A stretch of DNA of 64,000 nt. It comes from Bugula neritina. Its lineage: Eukaryota > Animalia > Bryozoa. Position 1 is the first letter of the stretch; every line of letters starts with the position of its first letter. Position numbers and translations under genes: made by a program. Below are positions 29,401 to 39,334 of this stretch, piece by piece. Where the stretch lies: NCBI GenBank assembly GCA_964035545.1, contig OZ037767.1, forward strand, positions 21,344,628 to 21,408,627. Reading direction: 5' to 3'. The notes under the pieces are model-generated. The model did not search any database and was not told where the DNA came from. It saw only the letters and a list, made by a program, of their open reading frames with translations.

Positions 29401-32400
29401 TGGTGTAATTGGTTGTAAAAGTTCGTTGTGAACTTGTAGTGCTTCTAGATGCCGGTTATCTGTTATAGACCTGGTCTCAAAGATGTTGCGCCAATATGCC
29501 TCGGCTGTAGATAGTATTGCCGCCTCCTCATCCCCATAGGTGCCAGAGATTATTTGTTGTGTAATTATCCTTGGATCTGATTTTAGTCCATTTTGTACTT
29601 TTTTGAATATGTCCTTTCTCCTCCTTCTTCCTGTTCTTGCCATTTTCCTTTGATGTATTACTTTTGCTCTTTCATTGGTGTTCCTTTATTGGGGAAGTTT
29701 GAATCGAAAACTCCGTCTATAAAATGTTGGCAGCTAATTAAGGTTTTAGGGTCAGTCGATATTACCATTCTATTTCACATTAGGTCAAAGTCAATGTTCA
29801 TTAGCTGTCCTTCGTGTCCGAAGATGACTTCCGGTGAATCATGGTCCTCCATTTACATCTGTCTTTGCTGAGAGATTGCCAGCTACCAATAGGGATCTTC
29901 AGGTCTTTTAGATTGCGTTTAACGGTATCCTTGAATCTCAGTCGCGGCCTGCCAACACCACGGGTGCCTTCTTTCAATTGTGAATAGAGAATTTGTTTAG
30001 GTAATCTAGAATTATCCATTTGATGCACATGACCAGCCCATCTCAGGTTTTTTTGAATGAGTAGTTCATACATGCTGGGTAGATTTGCCTGTGCTAGAGT
30101 CTCCTCATTCGAGATGAAATCCCACCACTTCACGTTCAAGATCTGGCGTAGATGTCTCATCATATAGGTGTTGAATTTGTGAGCGGCTATCCTGTATACA
30201 GGCCAGGCCTCCGCTCCATAGAGCAGAGAGGACAGGACAATGGCTCTGTACACTGTACACTTGGTCTTGAATGACAGATTCTTATTGTACCACACTTTGG
30301 TCTTTAGTCTGCCGAATGAGATTGAAGCATTGGACATCCTTGTATGAATCTCTTCATCCATCTTGTTGTTGCACATCACTGTAGACCCAAGATATTTAAA
30401 CTTATTGACGTTGGCAAGGTCTTCATTATCTATGCAGATACTGTCACCACTGTCATGGGCTCCAGGTGCCGGTTGGTAGAGCGTTTCCGTTTTCTTGATA
30501 TTGATCTTCAGACCAAAAGCTTTGGAAGCTCTGGCGAATCTGTCGACTAATTCCTGTGCATTGCCATGGCTGTGTGCAACGAAGGCAGTGTCGTCAGCAA
30601 ACATGAGTTCTCTAACCAATACTTTCTGTGTTCTTGTTGTTGACTTGTATTGGTTCACATTGAACAGATCAGCTCCAGGTCTACTTTGAATCCAGACGCC
30701 TTTATCACAGTTTTCAAATGCGTGCTGTAGAACAGCCGATAAGAAAATAGAGAATAGCGTTGGAGCCAACACACATCCTTGTTTCACACCATTGTTGACC
30801 TGGAATGACTCAGATAACTCCTCCTTCAGCTTGACTGAGGCCTTCATGCCAGTATGGAGAGCGCTGATAAGATTGGTGAAGTGACTGGGAAAACCGAGTT
30901 TCTGTAAGATCTTCCACAGGGTCGCCCGATCAACAGTATCGAACGCTTTGGTGAAGTCAATGAAGACCATGTACAGGGGCATATTTTGCTCGATGCATTT
31001 TTCCTGTATCTGCTTCAGTGCAAATATCATGTCTGCTGTTCCCCTTCCACTACGGAATCCACACTGAGTTTCGGGTAGGAAGTTTTCTGCATATGATGTC
31101 AGTCTATTTAGAAGGACACGAGCAAAAACTTTACCGGGAATTGAGAGCAGGGAGATACCTCTGTAGTTACCGCACAGCTTCCGATCACCCTTTTTGAAGA
31201 TGGTTATAAGTTGGGCAGCTTTCCAATCTTGAGGGACTACAGCAGTTTTCCATGCCTCCTTTATTATCTCATGGAGAGTACTTATTAGTTTGGGCCCTCC
31301 CCTTTTGATAACCTCAGGGTGAATACCATCAGAGCCAGGTGATTTCCCTTCACTTAGCATCGAAGTTGCCTTGATGATATCTTCAATATCTGGGCAATCG
31401 TCCATCCAGTCCTGAATGGGAGCTTGTCTCAGGTTCTCAATGATGTTGTCATCAATATCTGGAGTCTCGTTTAGTAGCTTGCTGAAATGCTCTGTCCATC
31501 TCGCTAGAAGATCTTGTTTTTCTGTCAGGAGTGTTGAGCTGTCACTGGCCAGGAGCTGGTCAGGATGACTCACTCTTGGACCCCAAACAGTTTTCGTGCT
31601 TTGGTATAAGCCTTTCATGTCGTTAGTGTCAGCAAACCGTTGCAGTTCAGCAGCTTTTGCCAACCACCAGTCGTTCTTGAGCTCCCTGCATCTTCCTGTG
31701 AGTTTTCTGCCAGCCATTCTAAGCTTTGACTTGTTCGAGCGAGTATCCCTGGTTAACATGTCTGCTCTGGCCTTGTTTCTCTTCTGGATGAGTTCTTGAA
31801 GCTCATCATTATTCTCGTCAAACCAGTCCTCATGCTTCCTGCTGACAGTGCCGAGGTGCACTTTTGACTCTGCATAAACTATCTCTTTGAATGCTCTCCA
31901 CTTATTCTCTACGCCCTCTGGAGCAGAGTTCAGTTTCCCAGCAAGGGACTTTTCCAGTTCTTGTCTTACTTCCTCATTCTTAGGTCGAGAAACGTCCAGC
32001 TTCTGGCAAGGTGTTCTCCCTTTCTTCATTTTTCTCCTCACTCTGAGCTTAGCTTTTGACCTGATCATGATGTGGTCAGTACTGCAATTTGCCCCTCTCA
32101 TCGCCCTTGTGTCCAGAATGTCTGGTAGATCACGTTGTCGTGTGATAACAAAATCGATGAGATGCCAGTTCTTGCTTCTCGGGTGCATCCAAGAAAACTT
32201 GTGAGCTGGTTTATGCTTGAAGAAGGTGTTGGTAATGCACAGTTGATGTTCACTACAGACTGAGATCAGAAGTTCACCATTGGAGTTCAGGTTTCCGCAG
32301 CCATACTTGCCTATCACACCGGGCCAGGTTGAGTGATCTTGTCCAACCCTAGCATTGAAGTCTCCCATGAGTAAGATCTTATCAGCTGCTGGGACTGATC

Positions 32401-35400
32401 TTAGAGCCTGATTCAGTTGGTCATAGAATCTGTTGATGTTTTCTTGGCTGTTTGTCATCGTGGGAGCATAGACAGCTATCACAGTGCACCATCGCTCATC
32501 AGACAGAGGAACCCTGAGTGACATCAGTCTGTCGCTTATAGCCTTTGGCTCTTCGATTAGTCTCGAAACAAGTTCGTTCCTGATAGCAAGAGCCACGCCT
32601 GACTCACTGCGCTCAGATGCAGTTTTGCCACTCCAATAAATGGTGTAGCCTGACTCTTCACGAATGTTACCGGTATCTTTGAATCTGATTTCACTCAGTG
32701 CTGCATTGTCGATGCCATACTTCTGTAGTTCAGATGAAATGATTGCACTTCTTCTCTCAGGTCTTTCTGTGTTCTCCCGGTCTAGCATTGTTTGTATGTT
32801 CCATGATGCAAGGTTGAGTTTAGAAATTTGGACCTTTTTATCCTGGGCGACGTCCTGCCAATATGATTTCGTGTTCATTTTTCTTTTCATGATTCAATCG
32901 GATTATGCTGACAAGAAGTTTAAGGATACTTAGGGTTTTGTCAGTTGCTTAAGCACCCCTCTCCACTAAAGAAGTACGCTGTGCTGGCAAGGAGTGTCCA
33001 GGACGAGCACAGCAGTTCAGTAGTCGCAGTGACTGGCCGAGTAAATTCGCCTTCTCAAAGTGTCACGTTTCTGGATGGATTGTTGTCTGGGTGATCAACC
33101 CATAGATCCTCATACTATTAGCCTGGGTGTATCTACACCCAGTTACCAGTGGTGACCGCTTGGAGGTTAGTATGAAGTCTTGACTGATGGGAACTTCTCT
33201 ACAGTACATCATTGCCATCAGTCCTTGGATGCTGGGGTCCGTAGTGTAAACTGGTACAGCTCTTGGTTCCACCATCCACCACCACCATGTTGGTGGTGGA
33301 TGGTGGAACCATCCAAAGTCAATGTTACTGAGTAAAAATTCAAAGTCCGCATTTAATGTAGTTTGTTGAGTTGGAGTGTTGTCAGAGTCTTCCTCGTTTC
33401 TAGGTGTCAACATATCTTCACATTCTCCTTTTTGGATGTTGTCCAGTATCCCTTTGTATTGTGGATTTTTATTCCTCACTCCTTTAATCTGTTCTATTGT
33501 GTACATCGAAAGCTTACTTTGTATTCTTTGATTGATGTTCCTTGCCCCTTCAAATTCCTTTTCCCATCTGGCTACTTCAGATAGGGTTTTATAGTTCCAA
33601 CGTTGTTTCCTTACAGTAGGCACCGCTGCGTGGTAAAGTTCACTATTTGCTCTCCTGAGGTTAAGTGAGAGTCCTGCCGCCTTCCCAAATGGGTGTTTGC
33701 ATATAGAACATGTTAACTGCCCACAGCTTTCGCATCTTACAGGCACCGATTCCTTGAACGAATCATACTGAGTTAGTTGGCACGTTTCCGCCGACTTGCA
33801 AACTGGATTTGCACAAAATACTGTCTTAACTGTACCGCTATATGTGAGCGACACTTGTGAACTGGCCTGATGACAAGCCGAGTTATCACAGTTCAGAGAC
33901 AATACTCTGAAAAGTGATAAAGAGAGAGATGCGGGTTATCCTGATCGTCAGTCGTCTGTCCTCCGTTAGCCACTGGGAAGGTGTCCCAGAGTTACCGACT
34001 CTCACCACTAGGAGGTGGAGGTACAGCCTTTGATGCAAGGATATAACTGTGATCAGCAGCTATATCAGTTGACTCTAGATGTAACTTCTCTTGCACCCAT
34101 TTTACTGACCTCTTGATCACCTTGTGGTAAGTTTTATGTGTATACTCCCTAGTTGTTTCCTCAAAACACCTGTTCCTGGAAGATGGCATTCCTTATATGA
34201 TAATTGGTAAAAAGGTGTATCAGTGTCAGCATGGTGTAGATAAAAACATGTCTTCAAAGATCAAGTACAAGGTAAGTTAGTTCATCCAGTCATAATCTGC
34301 AAGTCTATCTGGCTGTTACATCACAACCTGCATCTACATGTTGTCTAGTAACTAACTAACCACAGTCACATTCACTGTTATACTCACTCAGTCACTCTCA
34401 CACTTGTGTTCATAGTCAAACACACACAGTGACTGCTATAGCATACTGCACTTTCTTCTTAAGGAAAGAGTAGATGCATATCAGGCTGCTGGTCAGAATC
34501 TGTATAAACGAAGACGATCATCGTCAAAGAAGATGCGTTGCAGAGCTTACATCACAGTGCGCCGACTATTAAAGGTCAACACTGTGGTAGGTTACATTAC
34601 TAAAGGTTAACAATGTGGTAGGTTAAACTTCTGAAAGTCAACACTGTGGTAGGTTACTATACTGAGAGTTGTTACTGTGGTAGGTTACATTCTTGTGCTG
34701 CAGTTTAAGTTTATTCAGTTTCAGATGAGTTGCATCTCATCTGAACATCTCAGTGTGTTTATTTATTTAGTTTGCACCGAATCTCTCGCTCTATCACAAA
34801 AGGATAGCTATACAAAATGTGAAGAAGAAATTATCAGCTAGTGAATACACTTTCACCGATGTGTATGAGGTCTCACTTCCGGATGTTTCTTTCCACAATC
34901 ATGACATTGATGAGGTATGATCTGTTGTACTCCACTTTATATACACACTGTATAATGACTAAATGATTAATATTATATACTGAATATATACTGTACACTT
35001 CCTGTGTATTGACTGTATACTGACTGTGTATTGACTGTATACTAACTGCGTATTGACTGTGTACTGACTGTGTATTGACTGTATACTAACTGTGTATTGA
35101 CTGTGTATTGACTGTATACTTCCTGTGTACTGACTGTATACTTCCTGTGTATTGACTGTATACTAACTGTGTATTGACTGTATACTGACTGTGTATTGAC
35201 TGTATACTGGCTGTGTATTGACTGTATACTGACTGTATACTGGCTGTGTATTGACTGTATACTGACTGTGTATTGACTCTATACTGACTGTTTATTGACT
35301 GTATACTGACTGTGTATTGACTGTATACTGACTAAAATATATTGATATTAACAGGAAGCAGATGGTAAGCAAGCCTTAGACCCAAGAATTATAAGAAAGA

Positions 35401-36300
35401 TTCACAAGCTGGTTGGAAAAGGAGTGGACACAGTGAAGGCTATGAGAGTCCACATTGAGGAGTATAATGAGGATGTGCTGTTTGCTGGCAGGGCCCTTCC
35501 CCGCCCTTCCAACCGTCGGTTTAATCCTCTCAATCATACCATAGACTGTCATATGCGAAATGCTAAGCAAAAACTCAAGTATGTTTGTAGCTCTTGCATA
35601 AAATATTTATACATTAGGCCTACTATACATAACCTGTAAAGGTACATTTCTATACATAACGTGTGAAAATATAATTGTGTGGTCTGAACAGGTTTTATGC
35701 AAAGTACAAATTATTTCTAGGAAAGGGGCATGTGTAAATGCTGCAAAGGTAGACGTGGCAGCAGTAGATGTGACAGTAGAAGATGTGGCAGCAGGAGTAG
35801 TCTTAACTACAATTCCTTCCAGTAACCAGTGAGTTTATACTGTATACTCAGTGAGTTTATACTGTATAATCAGTGAGTTTATACTGTATAATCAGTGAGT
35901 TTATACTGTATACTCAGTGAGTTTAAACTGTATACTCAGTGAGTTTATACTGTATACTCAGTGAGTTTATACTGTATACTTAGTGAGTTTATACTGTATA
36001 CTCAGTGAGTTTATACTGTATAATCAGTGAGTTTATACTGTATAATCAGTGAGTTTATACTGTATACTCAGTGAGTTTAAACTGTATACTCAGTGAGTTT
36101 ATATTGTATACTCAGTGAGTTTATACTGTATACTCAGTGAGTTCATACTGTATACTCACTGTGATTTCAGAGAGACAAGGCATAGTTCGGTAGAAGTAGC
36201 CACAGTAGAGCCTGTAATATTGGAGGCAGCAATAGTAGAAGTGGCAGCAGACTCATTCCCAGATGTATCACTGCACCACATGCACAGTCACACCATGTGA
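26488..36300 (+). CDS. CaRF/ALS2CR8-domain (calcium-responsive factor-like) DNA-binding protein, ~391 aa
   Basis: Phase-consistent exons 26488-26664, 26993-27143, 34153-34271, 34464-34586, 34771-34914, 35355-35578, 35721-35828 and 36171-36300. Motifs EDGIPYMIIGKKVYQCQHG, SKKMRCRAYITV, YEVSLP...HNH and LDPRIIRKIHKLVGKG...NRRFNPLNHTIDCHM match the CaRF domain pattern. Intron 2 holds the R2/RTE nest. Confidence 0.78.
27296..29320 (-). pseudogene. R2 RT and restriction-like endonuclease segment (674-aa open stretch of a disrupted ORF)
   Basis: TTLIPK..LRPIT, FIDVSKAFDSVSH, QGDPL, AYADDL, APLKPQQRL, GGLGI, CCHC and RLE motifs. The canonical KPD reads KLD. Confidence 0.88.
29801..32890 (-). CDS. 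RTE ORF: AP endonuclease plus reverse transcriptase, 1029 aa, uninterrupted
   Basis: APE motifs SWNI, LSE, VYAPT, GDFNAR, IDFVI and TDH; RT motifs NYRGISLL, QCGFR, FIDFTKAFD, GVKQGCVLAPTLF and FADD; RTE-type C-terminus LRWAGHV...GRPRLRFKD. Confidence 0.95.
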   Translation of the reverse strand: MKRKMNTKSYWQDVAQDKKVQISKLNLASWNIQTMLDRENTERPERRSAIISSELQKYGIDNAALSEIRFKDTGNIREESGYTIYWSGKTASERSESGVALAIRNELVSRLIEEPKAISDRLMSLRVPLSDERWCTVIAVYAPTMTNSQENINRFYDQLNQALRSVPAADKILLMGDFNARVGQDHSTWPGVIGKYGCGNLNSNGELLISVCSEHQLCITNTFFKHKPAHKFSWMHPRSKNWHLIDFVITRQRDLPDILDTRAMRGANCSTDHIMIRSKAKLRVRRKMKKGRTPCQKLDVSRPKNEEVRQELEKSLAGKLNSAPEGVENKWRAFKEIVYAESKVHLGTVSRKHEDWFDENNDELQELIQKRNKARADMLTRDTRSNKSKLRMAGRKLTGRCRELKNDWWLAKAAELQRFADTNDMKGLYQSTKTVWGPRVSHPDQLLASDSSTLLTEKQDLLARWTEHFSKLLNETPDIDDNIIENLRQAPIQDWMDDCPDIEDIIKATSMLSEGKSPGSDGIHPEVIKRGGPKLISTLHEIIKEAWKTAVVPQDWKAAQLITIFKKGDRKLCGNYRGISLLSIPGKVFARVLLNRLTSYAENFLPETQCGFRSGRGTADMIFALKQIQEKCIEQNMPLYMVFIDFTKAFDTVDRATLWKILQKLGFPSHFTNLISALHTGMKASVKLKEELSESFQVNNGVKQGCVLAPTLFSIFLSAVLQHAFENCDKGVWIQSRPGADLFNVNQYKSTTRTQKVLVRELMFADDTAFVAHSHGNAQELVDRFARASKAFGLKINIKKTETLYQPAPGAHDSGDSICIDNEDLANVNKFKYLGSTVMCNNKMDEEIHTRMSNASISFGRLKTKVWYNKNLSFKTKCTVYRAIVLSSLLYGAEAWPVYRIAAHKFNTYMMRHLRQILNVKWWDFISNEETLAQANLPSMYELLIQKNLRWAGHVHQMDNSRLPKQILYSQLKEGTRGVGRPRLRFKDTVKRNLKDLKIPIGSWQSLSKDRCKWRTMIHRKSSSDTKDS
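33108..33286 (-). ncRNA. HDV-like self-cleaving ribozyme of the RTE 5' UTR
   Basis: P1 GGUGGUG (33286-33280) / CACCACU (33154-33148) with a G1-U wobble; P2 CUUCAUACUA / UAGUAUGAGG; P3 ACC/GGU; L3 UCCAAGC; J1.1 GG; P4 CUGGGUGU/ACACCCAG; J4/2 GCUAA with the catalytic C at 33121; ~100-nt J1/2 containing a hairpin. Confidence 0.88.
33956..34026 (-). ncRNA. HDV-like ribozyme core of the R2 5' end (P1 5' strand absent)
   Basis: P2 CUGU(A)CCUCC / GGAGGACAG; P3 ACC/GGU; L3 UCCUAGU; P1 3' strand GAGAGUC (34003-33997); GG; P4 CUGGGA/UCCCAG; J4/2 GCUAAC with the catalytic C at 33969. Confidence 0.85.
34570..34692 (+). repeat. ~33-bp degenerate repeat of the CaRF-like exon-4 end plus donor
   Basis: ...CTGTG|GTAGGTTA repeated 4 times. 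Confidence 0.75.
34995..35335 (+). repeat. ~22-bp minisatellite (gtgtattgactgtatactgact)
   Basis: Tandem units in CaRF-like intron 5. Confidence 0.88.
35827..36165 (+). repeat. 22-bp minisatellite (cagtgagtttatactgtatact) making up a whole intron
   Basis: About 15 units; the first carries the real donor CA|GTGAGT at 35829. Confidence 0.92.
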
Positions 36301-36324
36301 TGTATTTCTATTGAAACAGTAGTC

Positions 36325-36488
36325 ACTGGGGGACCATTCTTCTAGCACACTGGGTACCATTCTCCTAGAACACTGGGGTACCATTCTCCTAGCACACTGG
36401 GGTACCATTCTCCTAGCACACTGGGTACCATTCTTCTAGAACACTGGGTACAATTCTTCTAGCACACTGGGTACCATTCTCCTAGCAT
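36325..36488 (+). repeat. 23-bp repeat (cactgggtaccattctcctagca) in the CaRF-like 3' UTR
   Basis: About 7 units, followed by AATAAA near 36515. Confidence 0.85.
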
Positions 36489-37113
36489 GAGTGGTACTAC
36501 AGATGGAGCCGTCGAATAAACTTTTCAACTTGTAAATGTTTGTAAAAGCCAAGTATAGACTCTGGTACCTGTTGTTATGGATTTTTATGTGCCATTGCCG
36601 CTAGTGTATAATTTTATTTTATATTTATCAACAGCTTTGTACAGTGCAAATTCCATGTAAATACGATAGTTATTTAAATCTTTGTAAAAAATATATAGTT
36701 GGATTGTCTCATAATTTTTACTTCTCATCTTTTTGTAACTAATCATCTCAGCCCTAAATTAGCAGGTGTATGATTTCAAAGGAGTTGATGAAAAGGATGT
36801 GCAGAGTTTACTCAAGATACTATGTATTTGTTAGCTGAACTTTTGATTGTAGACACATTGTACAAAAACACATGCAGTTATTAGTCTGATATGCCACACT
36901 GACTCAAATACATTAAATTATTATTCTAATGTTTTACCAGAAAATATTTCCAATGATAATTCTCATCTGATGAATTTTTAGTCTAAAAGTATGTGAATGG
37001 TTTAAATTCTTCACATAGTTCGTAAAGTATAATGTGACCAGTAATTTGTAATAGAATATTTGCTTTGGCTATTTTTAGTTGTATGTTTGTACACCTGTTC
37101 ATTATTTCCAGCC

Positions 37114-38771
37114 ATGGCCCCTTCTAAGCCAGACAATCTGATAGATCTTCAAATCAGATTAGAAAGTTTAAAAGGAACAGTCAATATATTGTCAGAAAAA
37201 GTCAAAAATGCAAATGACGGCGTTAATGTGAAGTTGCCCTCTCGGATTCAGAAGTTAGCTTCCCTTGCGTTATATATAATCTGTGTGTGTAACATTTCAA
37301 TTTGAATGTCACTATTAAAACTTGATATTATGTGTTGAAATGTTGGGATTTCTGCAGAGTGCAGAAAGATGTGGATCTGCAGCAGAGGAGATCTGAGTCG
37401 GTACAGGATAAGCTGGAGTACGTTCAAGAGAACATGGTGAGCAAGGCGGAGTTCAAGAGACTCGAACAGTTTGTTAAAGTAAGCTTCATAGCAACCACCT
37501 GCTTCTCTCTCAGTCAATATATAACTGAGCATATGCACTGAGGTCTATAGCGTTCTCTTGTAGGGTATGAAGACAATGACATCTTCAGTAACAAAACTTC
37601 GTACAGACTCCATAACTCATATGAATAAGACCAACAGAGATCTCTCTAGAGTTCAAAGTGCTGCGAAGCTGCAAGGTAAGTTATTCGTAGCTTCTGGGCG
37701 TTTCTTTCCTGTTTATTCACTCTGTGTTATGTTACTATCAATGTAACTTACAAATTACTTTGCATATACGTAGACTATAGCGAAATGTGCACTATTAGAA
37801 AAAGTCCTAAATCTAAAAGTACAAAATTGTCTAATAAATAAATGCCTCATTTAAACATAATGTGTTCTGGATTTATCTACCTCCATATTTTGCAATATAT
37901 TATTTTAACAGTCTGCACAACTCTGTGTTGAGCTACTACAGTAAAGTTCAGATTTCATAGTAATTAAAAAGGTGCGTTGTCAAAGGGAATTTGTGGGATA
38001 AAATAAGATTTTACTTTCCATCTCATGATATTATATTAATAATGTCTACGTACTTTCTCATTGGTGTGTTGCCTTGTTCTCAGGTAAGGTTGTTAACTCA
38101 TTATTCATGGAACAGAAGCAGGTTAAAGGCTCAGTTAGTAATATGAGAGAAGAAGTCAATGTGTTGGATGGAGCAGCAAAGAAAGCTTTAGATGTAAGAA
38201 CAGATAACTCTATTATAAATAGTTCTGCGGTACATGAAAGAACAGATAATTCTTTATTAAGATTATAAAACAGGAAATGGACTCGCTGTATGATCAAGAT
38301 CATCGAACTCAAAAACAACTAGACGAGTTGGAAGAAAGAGTAGAGAAGATTGTAGAAGTTTTAAACAGAGGCGAAAATGACCGAGAATCTAAACACGGAC
38401 TTAAACTTGAGTACGCACTTGAATCAATTTATTTACACTAACTTGAAATGCATTTTAAGTTCGAGTATGTTTTAGAAAATTTTATTACTTTATTCATTGT
38501 AACTTGCGGATGCAACTTGAAAGTAATACTCTGTGCTATACTAAAAGGTGCGCTTTACTACAATGCTCTTTGCAGTACTAAAGCATGCAGCTAACTTTTA
38601 CTCTTTTCTTATAGAATGGTGGAGAAGGAAGTGACCAAGTTGTTTAAGTTTATATGTTTAGTTATACTGGCAATGAGCATAGTTATGTTCTGGTGCCTGT
38701 GGTGGCAGTATCGGGTGCATAGTAGAGACCCCCGCACTGTACTTTCTCAAAGGCAACGAGCTGGGCTATGA
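37114..38771 (+). CDS. Unrecognised coiled-coil protein with a C-terminal transmembrane helix (~258 aa)
   Basis: Phase-consistent exons 37114-37253, 37358-37478, 37564-37675, 38084-38193, 38274-38410 and 38615-38771. Heptad-rich, charged body and a hydrophobic stretch LFKFICLVILAMSIVMFWCLWW near the C-terminus. The start may lie in an upstream exon. Confidence 0.68.
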
Positions 38772-39116
38772 AAATTCTGCTAAATCTCGCATGCTCTTGA
38801 TTATTCGCTGTTATATTTTTCTACTTTCAATGGTTCATTATAAAAGAAAACTGTTATTTTATTATTAATTATAGTCATTATTATTTTTAATGTTATAATT
38901 ATATACTTTGGATTATTCAATGAAGCCATTGAAAATTTTTGTCAGAATATGGATTTGACATAATAAGGTGGCGACATATGCAATCACTACATACTGGTAA
39001 TGAGCTGGTTGAAATGAGTCAATTTACCAGCTCAGTTTGCACCTTAACAGCTGCTTCTATAAACACTGTATTTATGATCCGCTGCAAAACAGCTGTTGCC
39101 ACTAAATTATCTTTCT

Positions 39117-39334
39117 TCACACAAATGTGGTGCTCTGTAAAGGTCGTTCATCTATCACGCATTTGTTGGCAATATTGAGGGCGGATAGAGCCAGCTTTCC
39201 TGTCAGCTTACGACGAGGGTCAAAGCCCGCTTCAAGGCGCTGCATTAGGTTTATTAAATACTTGTTATTCTCCTCGTGACGAATACTTCGTATGTACTGA
39301 CCCACTAGTACCATCACCGACATTGCAAACACAC
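39117..39334 (-). CDS. Probable terminal coding exon of an unidentified gene
   Basis: Acceptor ttatacag|, then an open, relatively GC-rich frame GVFAMSVMVLVGQYIRSIRHEENNKYLINLMQRLEAG...STTFV*. Upstream exons were not resolved. Confidence 0.35.

Larger units (their letters stand above)
29799..33313 (-). mobile_element. Full-length RTE clade non-LTR retrotransposon inserted in R2
   Basis: 13-bp TSD CAAAGTCAATGTT at 29786-29798 and 33314-33326; single intact APE+RT ORF; ~420-nt 5' region containing an HDV-like ribozyme; essentially no 3' UTR. Confidence 0.93.
27232..34026 (-). mobile_element. R2 clade non-LTR retrotransposon (RLE-type), decayed, interrupted by an RTE element
   Basis: N-terminal Cys-rich/zinc-finger and Myb region (RKQRWN...INQ...EQIKGVR) at 33902-33327. 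RT (GIKQGDPL, YADD), CCHC knuckle (CPVC...HILQQC), RHN motif and RLE nuclease (KLDL..IIDV..KVAKY) at 29320-27296. Stops and frameshifts at 29780-29330. HDV-like ribozyme at the 5' end. The 3' end is inferred at AAAA|TAG (27232). Confidence 0.9.

Noticed and set aside
33063-33902. 279-aa ORF as a single protein
   Set aside because: Chimeric: the R2 N-terminus reads through the TSD into the RTE 5' UTR (the HHPPPTWWWW stretch is the hairpin).
34022-34028. GGCUGUA as the P1 5' strand of the R2 ribozyme
   Set aside because: It has two mismatches to GAGAGUC and overlaps the P2 5' strand; 28S GACUCUC pairs perfectly.
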